From Rhodococcus sp. 06-462-5 (GTDB lineage Bacteria; Actinomycetota; Actinomycetes; Mycobacteriales; Mycobacteriaceae): DNA of 24,000 bases. Position 1 is the stretch's first letter. Each line of letters starts with the position of its first letter. The notes below the pieces were generated by a model, which saw only the letters and a program-made list of their open reading frames with translations, did not search any database and was not told the DNA's origin. Position numbers and translations under genes: made by a program. Shown here in pieces: positions 8,642 to 15,948 of the stretch. The stretch is taken from contig NZ_NOYD01000028.1 of the NCBI RefSeq assembly GCF_002258315.1, positions 66,632 through 90,631 of the forward strand. Reading direction: 5' to 3'.

Positions 8642-9202
8642 TGTGATCCACGACACATTTATTGGCCCGGAATGACAGGTCTGTTAGTTACTCGTTTACC
8701 TGCCGTTAGCGGCCGGGCGGGCCGCTGAGGCCGAGGGCACGGGCGGATCCGGGGTATCTGGACCGTCTGTAGCACCGATCGAACGGGCTCCTCGGTAGGG
8801 CCCGGATTGCTGTCTTCCCACATCAGGGCTGTTTTACCCACGGTTTCGATATGTAACGGTTTGGAGTCTTCGGAAGATGGTGTGACGCGGGTTACCACCA
8901 ATCGTCATGTGAAAGTTGTTCACGCCGCCGAAACACATCACGAGAGAGCAACTTTCCGATGCCGATCGTAGGGATTGTCACGATCAGGCATCTCCTCTAA
9001 TGTTCCCCTCAGCTTCCGACAACCGGGGTGTGGGACCAACCGGTCCCGAGCCCTGAACTCGGAACTGAACAACAGGATGAGGCCGCCACGGTCGCATCCG
9101 GCTCGGGCTCGTCTGCACTGACGCAGGCGATCTAGTTCGAGGGTGAAAGCCACAAGCTTCCCCGTGCGACACCGCGCTGGGACTGAACATGATGAGGAAT
9201 AA

Positions 9203-9913
9203 ATGACGGAGATCCAGAAGTCGCGGCGTAGCCGGGGACTCAAGTCCATGAGCGCTGCGGTTGTCGCCGGCGCGTCGGTCGTCGGCCTGGTACTCGGTAC
9301 CGGAACCGCGTCCGCTGCAGTGGACAGCACCAACACGGTCGTCGATGCCAACGGCAACGTCATCACCGTCTCGCTGTCCGACACCTTCATCAACAGCGTC
9401 TCGCCGCTCGACGGCAACCCGCTCACCCGTGAGTGGTTCGCCAACGGTGTCGCAGGCTGGACCGTCACCGGTCCGGACGCCGACGACTTCGAGGGCACCG
9501 TCGCAATCGGCTACCAGGTCGGCTACCCGATGAGCCTCGGTGGATCGATCACCTTCGGTTACACCACCCCGAACATCAGCCTCGGTGGCGGAAGTGACAC
9601 CAACTTCGATGGTGGCGGCTTCACGGACGGAACCCTCAGCAGCTCGTACTCGACCAGCGACCTGCTCCCGTCGCTTGGCTTCTCCGCCGAGATCGCTCCC
9701 GGCCCCGGCATCGTCGACGCCACCGCTGCCTCGGGCAACGTCCAGGGCACCGAAGGTGACGCTGCAGGTGCCTCCGGCACCATCCAGATCGCCAACGCTC
9801 ACGGCACCGCTACCGGCATCCTCGGTAACGTCCGCGTTCGTCCGTACGTCTCCGTTACCAGCTCCACCGGTGACGTTGCTGTCACGTACGGTGCCCCGTG
9901 GACCTTCAACTGA
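9203..9913 (+). CDS. MspA-family outer-membrane (mycomembrane) porin, canonical subtype
   Basis: Sec signal ...GTGTASA|AVD. Blocks matching M. smegmatis MspA as I remember it: PLDGNPLTREWF, GPDADDFEGTVAIGYQVGYP, FGYTTPNISL, ANAHGTATG, VTYGAPWTFN at the C-terminus. RBS GAGGAA. Confidence 0.9.
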   Translation: MTEIQKSRRSRGLKSMSAAVVAGASVVGLVLGTGTASAAVDSTNTVVDANGNVITVSLSDTFINSVSPLDGNPLTREWFANGVAGWTVTGPDADDFEGTVAIGYQVGYPMSLGGSITFGYTTPNISLGGGSDTNFDGGGFTDGTLSSSYSTSDLLPSLGFSAEIAPGPGIVDATAASGNVQGTEGDAAGASGTIQIANAHGTATGILGNVRVRPYVSVTSSTGDVAVTYGAPWTFN

Positions 9914-9968
9914 TCTCGATCGGTTGATCACCAGCAGCACCCTCGGCTGACCTAGCCGAAATCGATTG

Positions 9969-9995
9969 GGCCCGCCCGGGTTTCCCGGGCGGGCC
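9969..9995 (+). terminator. GC-rich hairpin terminator after the porin gene
   Basis: GGCCCGCCCGGG-TTT-CCCGGGCGGGCC: 12-bp perfect stem, followed by TGATTGCTGTGT. Confidence 0.7.
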
Positions 9996-10084
9996 TGATT
10001 GCTGTGTATCCGAAAGATCGAACGAATCGACACCGCAGGACAGTGCTTCGGTACCGCCTGCGAGAAGGGTCCCGGGGACCGACA

Positions 10085-10513
10085 ATGAAAACGAAAGCTC
10101 TCTCTGCCGTCGCCTGTGCGGCATTCCTACTTCTGGCCGGATGTAGCAGCGAATCCTCGGATGCAGCATCAGGGGAGAATGCCGATACCTGCACGGCGTT
10201 CGCGACGGCGCACAATGACTTTGTCGCCACCGTCGAAGCCGTCCCCACCGATCAGGCCGGTGTCGAGAAGTGGACCGCGGACAAGGCCGCTTCGCTGAGT
10301 GAATTCACCACCCAGTCGGAGCAGGCGACAGGCGATGTCAAGAATGCTCTGACGACACTGGTGGCCGATCTGCCTGGCGATTCGTTGGAACTCTCCGAGC
10401 CGGACAGCGAATCCGGCCAGAAATTCGTCGACAATTCCAATGCCGTTGCATCGGCTTGTGAAGCGGACGGCACGGCCGTCACGCTCGACGAGTTCCCGCT
10501 GTTGAAGTTCTAG
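10085..10513 (+). CDS. lipoprotein of unknown function
   Basis: MKTKALSAVACAAFLLLAGC has a lipobox LAGC. Mature part is predicted helical, acidic, with two Cys (TCTAF, SACE). Start taken at the internal ATG 10085 of the ORF 10004..10513. Confidence 0.75.
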   Translation: MKTKALSAVACAAFLLLAGCSSESSDAASGENADTCTAFATAHNDFVATVEAVPTDQAGVEKWTADKAASLSEFTTQSEQATGDVKNALTTLVADLPGDSLELSEPDSESGQKFVDNSNAVASACEADGTAVTLDEFPLLKF

Positions 10514-10533
10514 TTCGGGGGAAGCGCTCGACG

Positions 10534-10564
10534 ATGCCCTGCAGTCTCACGGATTGCAGGGCAT
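10534..10564 (+). terminator. hairpin after the lipoprotein gene
   Basis: ATGCCCTGCA-N11-TGCAGGGCAT (10-bp stem) 21 nt after the stop. No strong T-tract. Confidence 0.5.
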
Positions 10565-10912
10565 TGTCGTATCAGTCGAACGAATGATGTGCAGAAAGAT
10601 ATCGCCGGAACACGACGGTGTCCGTACACAATTCGGTTTGTTGCATACATTGTGTATTTGAAGTGCGTTCTCTTGCTTTGTGTCAGCACAATTCGAGCGA
10701 TCGCTCCGAATGCGGACGTCGAGTTGCGAGCGCAGTCGCTGTTTAGGTAGCGCAAGCAGGGAAGGTATCTGTGAGCTGCTGAAACATGCATCGATATTGC
10801 GTCCGTTGTGGATGCTTCGCGCCGATTTGTACAGTATTCTTCTGCGAGAAAAGATGTCTCCCGATCGGTCCGGCCATCGGATGGGGCATCGGCCGGTCAT
10901 ATGAGGGGAATC

Positions 10913-11581
10913 ATGAACAATATTCGTCACTCCGCGCTGCGCATAGTTGGTCGAATCGCTGCAGTGAGCGCGGCTTCGGCCGTTGCCATCGGAATGCTCT
11001 CGGTCGGCGCAGCCAACGCCGATACCTTCGTTCCATTGCCGAACGGTGAGAAGGTTGCGGGGCCGTACAAGATCTCGCACGTCGACGAGTCCGCGGTCAT
11101 TTCGCCCGCGATCGCGAACAACCCGCTCAATCGAAACGGTTGGGTCACCGGCACCGCCACCGCCGACGTTCCCGAGGGAGTGACCGGAACCCTGAAGACG
11201 GGCTATCTCGTCGGTTGCCAGCTCGACATGGATGATCTGAGCCTGGACATGAACGCAGGCTTCGGTATCGAAGGCGGCAACACCAACATCATCACGCTGT
11301 TCCCCATCCCGTTCCTCATCGGCGGCGAAGGCGAGACCACCAACAAGTTCGAGGGCGGCGTCGGAGTCAACGTCCCCATCAAGGACAAGGAAGTGGCACA
11401 GGTCGAGCTCGGCAGCAAGGACGTCAAGGGTCCGTTCACCGCAATTCAGTACCAGGACGTCGGGATCTCCGTGGAGAACTGCGGTGGCTACGCGCAGGCT
11501 CGCTCGTACACCACACTCGAACTCACCGGCAACTACCGCTACAAGGGCACGCTCTACGGCCAGCCGTTCAGCCTCGGCTGA
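10913..11581 (+). CDS. MspA-family porin, divergent Cys-pair subtype (tandem copy 1)
   Basis: Signal ...GAANA|DTFVPL. Distant MspA-like blocks: NRNGWVTG, GTLKTGYLVGCQ, C-terminal YGQPFSLG. Paralog of the 11644 gene. ATG 10913 chosen for its GAGGGG RBS; the ORF-track start is 10808. Confidence 0.8.
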   Translation: MNNIRHSALRIVGRIAAVSAASAVAIGMLSVGAANADTFVPLPNGEKVAGPYKISHVDESAVISPAIANNPLNRNGWVTGTATADVPEGVTGTLKTGYLVGCQLDMDDLSLDMNAGFGIEGGNTNIITLFPIPFLIGGEGETTNKFEGGVGVNVPIKDKEVAQVELGSKDVKGPFTAIQYQDVGISVENCGGYAQARSYTTLELTGNYRYKGTLYGQPFSLG

Positions 11582-11643
11582 GCATCCCACCATTTCATTC
11601 ACCCTCGCCTAGAGCGCGTGTCACTTTCCCAAAAGGGGTAGCT

Positions 11644-12375
11644 ATGCAGAACACCACCACCATGCGGCGTGGATTCCAGACGGCCGCAGCCGGAGCCGTC
11701 GGCGCGATCGCCATCGGGTTCCTGTCCGCCGGAGCGGCCAACGCCGACACCTTCGTCCCACTGCAGGACAACGAGATCAGCAAGACCCTGATCGACGGAA
11801 CCACCGTCACCGTCAAGGGATTCGGCCAGAGCGCGCTGATCTCGCCGTCGATGGGAGCCACACCTACCCAGCGCAACGTGTGGGTCACCGGCAACTACAC
11901 CGTCGAGACCTCCAACGCCAGTGGTGGATCCATCGAGCCGGGCTTCCTGGTCGGCTGCCAGGTGGATTTCAGCGCCGCGATCGGTGCCGACGGAAACGCA
12001 TCCTTCGGTCAGGGCAACACCATCGGCCTCGAGCCGGGCGACCTGAGCTCACTGACGATCAACCGCACTCAGCCGAACACCTACGACATCGGTGCAGGCG
12101 TCGAGCTGAATCTCGCCCCCGGCCAGTTCAACGACGTCAAGCTCGTGGCCGACGAGAAGTCCGCCGAGATCGACGGTGTCACGGTCGCGACCGAGGTGTC
12201 GAACAAGTTCTCGTTCGACGGCAACGGCGGTGGCTACACCTACGCCGACGAAACCCTGAGCGTCGCTGGATGTGCCGGCTACGCCGAGGCACGTTCGTAC
12301 GTGAAGGTCACCATCGACAACGATGCCGTCACGGCAACCACCACACTGTGGGGACAGCCGTTCAGCATCGGCTGA
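11644..12375 (+). CDS. MspA-family porin, divergent Cys-pair subtype (tandem copy 2)
   Basis: Signal ...GAANA|DTFVPL. Blocks QRNVWVTG, GFLVGCQVD, GCAGYAEARSY, WGQPFSIG parallel the upstream paralog. Intergenic gap of 62 nt. Confidence 0.8.
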   Translation: MQNTTTMRRGFQTAAAGAVGAIAIGFLSAGAANADTFVPLQDNEISKTLIDGTTVTVKGFGQSALISPSMGATPTQRNVWVTGNYTVETSNASGGSIEPGFLVGCQVDFSAAIGADGNASFGQGNTIGLEPGDLSSLTINRTQPNTYDIGAGVELNLAPGQFNDVKLVADEKSAEIDGVTVATEVSNKFSFDGNGGGYTYADETLSVAGCAGYAEARSYVKVTIDNDAVTATTTLWGQPFSIG

Positions 12376-12421
12376 CGCCACGGCCGAGATTGAGCTAGGG
12401 AGTCGGCCTACGCACCCCACA

Positions 12422-12476
12422 ACGAATGAATGCGCCATTCACGCTGTCAGACAGCGTGAATGGCGCATTCATTCGT
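12422..12476. terminator. 27-bp perfect inverted repeat, likely bidirectional terminator between porin and mscL
   Basis: ACGAATGAATGCGCCATTCACGCTGTC-A-GACAGCGTGAATGGCGCATTCATTCGT lies between convergent stops (12375 and 12492). Confidence 0.75.
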
Positions 12477-12491
12477 CGAAGCAGGCCGGTG

Positions 12492-12965
12492 TCAGTCCTT
12501 GGAATGCTTGCCCAGATCCGGTGCGGCGTCGATTGCCTCGCCGCTACCGCCGGTGGTGTCGGCTGCCGTCGAAAGCTTCTGTCCCGCTGCGGTTCCCCCC
12601 GCGAGGATGTCGCGAATCTGTACCAGCACGTCGACGTCGCTCAGTTCCTTCTCCGGCTGGCTCACGAAGCGCTTCTTCGCCGTGTTCACCGGGAGGATCA
12701 GTACGAAGTAGACGACTGCCGCGATGATCACGAAGTTGATGACCGCGGTGATGACTGCGCCGACGTTGACGAACGATTCCGGCGACGACGTGATCTGAAA
12801 TCCGAAGCCGTATTCGTTGCTGCCACCGAGCGCAGCGACGAGGGGGTTGATGACGTTCGTCGTGAATGCGGTGACGATCGCGGTGAATGCCGCGCCCACG
12901 ACCACGGCGACTGCGAGATCCACGACGTTGCCGCGCAGTAGAAAGTCCTTGAAGCCCTTCAGCAT
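12492..12965 (-). CDS. mscL: large-conductance mechanosensitive channel MscL
   Basis: MLKGFKDFLLRGNVVDLAVAVVVGAAFTAIV... is the canonical MscL N-terminus. Two TM helices. RBS GGGAGAAGGG. Internal start of the ORF 12492..13184. Confidence 0.95.
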   Translation of the reverse strand: MLKGFKDFLLRGNVVDLAVAVVVGAAFTAIVTAFTTNVINPLVAALGGSNEYGFGFQITSSPESFVNVGAVITAVINFVIIAAVVYFVLILPVNTAKKRFVSQPEKELSDVDVLVQIRDILAGGTAAGQKLSTAADTTGGSGEAIDAAPDLGKHSKD

Positions 12966-13008
12966 GAGCCCTTCTCCCAACGTTCGGTTTGTTCTGTCTC
13001 GAGAGACG

Positions 13009-13671
13009 TTAGTGCAGGGTGACGGTGATTGCGCTGACCAACGAGGCGGCTGCGACCGTCGTCGCATCGTTAGTCGGTAGAGCCAGTAGTACGACGCGAT
13101 CTCGCTGCCTGCTGCCACCGGCGTCGGCGGAAACCAGCACGACCATCGCTCCCGACGCCAGCACCCGTGCCGCGGGAACGGCATTCGGGTCTTCCTGAGA
13201 CTCGACCGTCAACACGTCGACGCGATCGCCTTCCCGCAGTAGGTCGGTCACCGCAGCGTCGGCCAGATGCACCGGTACGACGCGTGCCTCGGTCCCCAGA
13301 GCCGTCGTGGCGGTCCGAGATCCTAGTAGGCGTACGTCGGTGAGCAATTCGCCCGCTCGGACCGGTCCGGTGAGCGTCCGGCCGTCCACGGCCTCGGATT
13401 CGGCGAGTGCGCCCTCGGGGACGTTCGCCCGGTCCCACTCGGCCACCACCACATCGGTCGACGTGAGTACGGTGCCGGGCGTCAGGTCGCGTCCGGCCGT
13501 GATCACCCGTACTCGGTCGTCACCGGCAGCATCGTCGACGAACAGAACGGCGGCAGCGGCGACCAGAACTCCCGCTGCGATCCGTCTGAATTTCGTGGAT
13601 CCGACCCACGCAGGACGCAGGGTGATGCGATCGAGCAGCGTCGAGTCGAGTCGATTCTTGCCGGCAGCCAT
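13009..13671 (-). CDS. SAF-domain membrane-anchored protein (RcpC/CpaB-like N-terminal architecture)
   Basis: Internal ATG 13671 gives 220 aa: TM FRRIAAGVLVAAAAVLFV, then a SAF-like segment (VITAGRDLTPGTVLTSTDV...GRTLTGPVRAGELL). 43 nt upstream of mscL. Position equivalent to the conserved gene next to Rv0991c in mycobacteria (from memory). Confidence 0.75.
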   Translation of the reverse strand: MAAGKNRLDSTLLDRITLRPAWVGSTKFRRIAAGVLVAAAAVLFVDDAAGDDRVRVITAGRDLTPGTVLTSTDVVVAEWDRANVPEGALAESEAVDGRTLTGPVRAGELLTDVRLLGSRTATTALGTEARVVPVHLADAAVTDLLREGDRVDVLTVESQEDPNAVPAARVLASGAMVVLVSADAGGSRQRDRVVLLALPTNDATTVAAASLVSAITVTLH

Positions 13672-13711
13672 GGCCGAAACGCTATCGCCGACGCAGGTGT
13701 CTCGGACACCG

Positions 13712-13743
13712 AAAAGGCCGGGCTGTGGATAACGGCCCGGCCT
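13712..13743 (-). terminator. intrinsic terminator after the ruc homolog
   Basis: On the minus strand, AGGCCGGGC-N11-GCCCGGCCT followed by TTTT, 18 nt after the stop. Confidence 0.6.
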
Positions 13744-13760
13744 GTGGATGAAGCGGAAAG

Positions 13761-14105
13761 CTACTGGCTGGCAGCAGCTTTCGTGGTAGACGAGGGAGAC
13801 GAAGAGTTCGACGACGACGAATCCGAAGATTTCTTCTCGGCGGGCTTGGACTCGGACTTCGAGTCCGACTTCGCGGCGGCCGCATCGGACTTCTTCTCGC
13901 CTGCACCCTCGCTCGAAGTGCTGGAGCCACCGCGGCTGTCGGTGCGGTAGAAGCCGCTGCCCTTGAAGACGATGCCGACGGAGTTGAACAGCTTGCGAAG
14001 CTTGCCCGAGCACGCGGGGCACACCGTCAGTGTGTCGTCGGTGAAGGACTGAACGATGTCGAAGCGGTTGTCGCACTCGGTGCATGCGTATGAGTAAGTG
14101 GGCAT
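13761..14105 (-). CDS. ruc: FmdB-family zinc-ribbon protein with disordered Ser-rich tail (Rv0991c/Ruc homolog)
   Basis: MPTYSYACTECDNRFDIVQSF...CPACSGKLRKLF...GSGFYRTDSR has a CxxC...CxxC ribbon, followed by a Ser/Lys/Ala-rich tail. RBS GGAGGAAA. CIRCE operator upstream. Synteny with 5-FTHF cyclo-ligase and galU. Confidence 0.85.
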   Translation of the reverse strand: MPTYSYACTECDNRFDIVQSFTDDTLTVCPACSGKLRKLFNSVGIVFKGSGFYRTDSRGGSSTSSEGAGEKKSDAAAAKSDSKSESKPAEKKSSDSSSSNSSSPSSTTKAAASQ

Positions 14106-14213
14106 CGTGTTTCCTCCGCGCTGGTCACCGAGGAAATTCGCCACTCTGCTGGCCGAGGTCGAACACCGTCGGTGTCTTGTCTGTTCGTCGAACTGTCGAA
14201 ACTGGGGAGAGCA

Positions 14214-14240
14214 CTAGCACTCTACAGTCAGGAGTGCCAA
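14214..14240 (-). promoter_or_regulatory. CIRCE (HrcA operator) inverted repeat upstream of ruc
   Basis: CTAGCACTC-TACAGTCAG-GAGTGCCAA versus consensus TTAGCACTC-N9-GAGTGCTAA: 16 of 18 arm positions, exact 9-nt spacer. Lies 109-135 nt upstream of the ruc ATG. Confidence 0.75.
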
Positions 14241-14257
14241 CGAATCGAATCGTAGCG

Positions 14258-14854
14258 TTATTCCGTACCCAAGCGTACGAGTCCGTTGCCGGGGGTCAAC
14301 ACGTGCGTCACCCGTCTGTCGTGCGGCTCGGCGGGTAGGCGATCGACCACTTCGCTCTCGCGCACCACCGCGACCAGCATGGCGTCGGGTCTGCACAGGT
14401 CGAGGGTGCGGTCGTAGAAGCCCGCGCCTCGGCCCAACCTGGTTCCGCGCCGGTCCACGGCCAGCGCGGGGATCAACACCAGTGAGCAACCCGACACCGC
14501 GTCGGGATCGAGCGTCGGCCCCGACGGTTCCAACAGCCCGAACGGGGCCGTCACCAACGACTCACGTCCGGCGTACCGAGCCCAGCGCAACGGACCCGGC
14601 TCGTGCGCACTCGGAAGCAGAACCGTCGACCCGGCCGCGGCCATCGCGTCGAGCATCTCGACCGAACCGGGCTCCCGGCCGACGGGAACGTATGCGGCGA
14701 TCACCGAGTGTTCGGCCGCCAATTCGCCCAGGACGTGACAGAGTGCAGAGGACTCCTTTGCGCGTTGCGCACCGTCGAGCAGTCGGCGTTCGGCGAGAAC
14801 ATACTTTCGCCATCGATCCTTGGACGTGTTCTCCGTGAAATCGGGAACGGTCAC
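14258..14854 (-). CDS. 5-formyltetrahydrofolate cyclo-ligase
   Basis: VLIPALAVDRRGTRLGRGAGFYDR signature. GTG 14854 preferred (GGGAGGA 9 nt upstream) over the ORF-track ATG 14935. Confidence 0.85.
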   Translation of the reverse strand: MTVPDFTENTSKDRWRKYVLAERRLLDGAQRAKESSALCHVLGELAAEHSVIAAYVPVGREPGSVEMLDAMAAAGSTVLLPSAHEPGPLRWARYAGRESLVTAPFGLLEPSGPTLDPDAVSGCSLVLIPALAVDRRGTRLGRGAGFYDRTLDLCRPDAMLVAVVRESEVVDRLPAEPHDRRVTHVLTPGNGLVRLGTE

Positions 14855-14961
14855 AACGATTCGTCCTCCCTTCCTGTGCTGTCGTTCAACGATATGCACT
14901 CGGGGGTAAAACGCGGCACACGGCAAGCAGATCACCAGAAACCATGGATAGGGTGAGCACC

Positions 14962-15915
14962 ATGACAGAAGCCGTTACAGCGACGACCGCCGCCACGCCC
15001 GTGCATTTCCGCACGGCCATCGTTCCCGCAGCGGGCATGGGTACCCGGTTCCTGCCGGCCACGAAAACCGTTCCGAAAGAACTGCTTCCGGTGGTCGACA
15101 CTCCCGGTATCGAGCTCGTCGCAGGCGAAGCAGCAGATTCCGGCGCGCAGCGACTCGTGATCGTCACGTCCCCCGGCAAGGACGGCGTCGTCGCCCACTT
15201 CGTCGAGGACCTCGTCCTCGAGAACAAGCTCGAGGCCAGCGGAAAGCTCGAGATGCTCGAGAAGGTTCGGGTTGCCCCCGGTCTGCTCGATGTTCAGTCG
15301 GTCATTCAGCACGAACCGCTCGGACTCGGACATGCCGTCGCCTGTGCCGAGGAAGTTCTCGACGACGACGAGGATTCCGTTGCCGTTCTGCTTCCCGACG
15401 ATCTGGTGATGCCCCGCGGTGTGCTCGACGTCATGGCTCGCGTGCGCGCCAAGCGCGGTGGCTCGGTGCTGTGCGCCATCGAGGTCCCCGACGACAAGGT
15501 CTCCTCCTACGGCGTCTTCTCCGTCGAGATCGTGCCCGACGCGGTCAACCCGAACGTCCTCAAGGTCACCGGTATGGTCGAAAAGCCCAAGCAGGAGGAC
15601 GCCCCGTCCAACCTGGCTGCCGCGGGCCGCTACCTGCTCGACCGCGCGATCTTCGACGCCCTGCGCCGGATCAAGCCAGGTGCAGGCGGCGAACTGCAGC
15701 TCACCGACGCCATTGCGCTGCTCATCGAAGAAGGCCATCCCGTGCACGTGGTGGTGCACCGCGGATCGAGACACGACCTCGGAAATCCCGGGGGATACCT
15801 GCGCGCTGCGGTTGACTTTGCTCTACAACGTGACGACTACGGTCCAGCGCTGCGCGAATGGCTGAACGAACGCTTGAGCGACAGCTGGGCACCGGAACTG
15901 ACCACGTACGAATAG
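14962..15915 (+). CDS. galU: UTP--glucose-1-phosphate uridylyltransferase GalU
   Basis: AIVPAAGMGTRFLPATKTVPKELLPVVD nucleotide-binding signature and the GGELQLTDAI motif. ATG 14962 (GGGTGAG upstream) or ATG 14944. Confidence 0.93.
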   Translation: MTEAVTATTAATPVHFRTAIVPAAGMGTRFLPATKTVPKELLPVVDTPGIELVAGEAADSGAQRLVIVTSPGKDGVVAHFVEDLVLENKLEASGKLEMLEKVRVAPGLLDVQSVIQHEPLGLGHAVACAEEVLDDDEDSVAVLLPDDLVMPRGVLDVMARVRAKRGGSVLCAIEVPDDKVSSYGVFSVEIVPDAVNPNVLKVTGMVEKPKQEDAPSNLAAAGRYLLDRAIFDALRRIKPGAGGELQLTDAIALLIEEGHPVHVVVHRGSRHDLGNPGGYLRAAVDFALQRDDYGPALREWLNERLSDSWAPELTTYE

Positions 15916-15948
15916 CATCGCGGGTCGATGCCATAGAGGAAGGGCCAG

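Noticed and set aside
8659-8901. 80-aa minus-strand ORF in the long spacer before the first porin gene.
   Set aside because: Pro/Arg-rich, no RBS, no coding-like third-position bias. Treated as non-coding leader.
8984-10033. 349-aa minus ORF, and the 10547-11602 (351 aa) minus ORF, opposite the porin genes.
   Set aside because: Antisense shadows of genes with signal peptides and MspA-family motifs. Gly/Arg/Asp-rich low-complexity translation.
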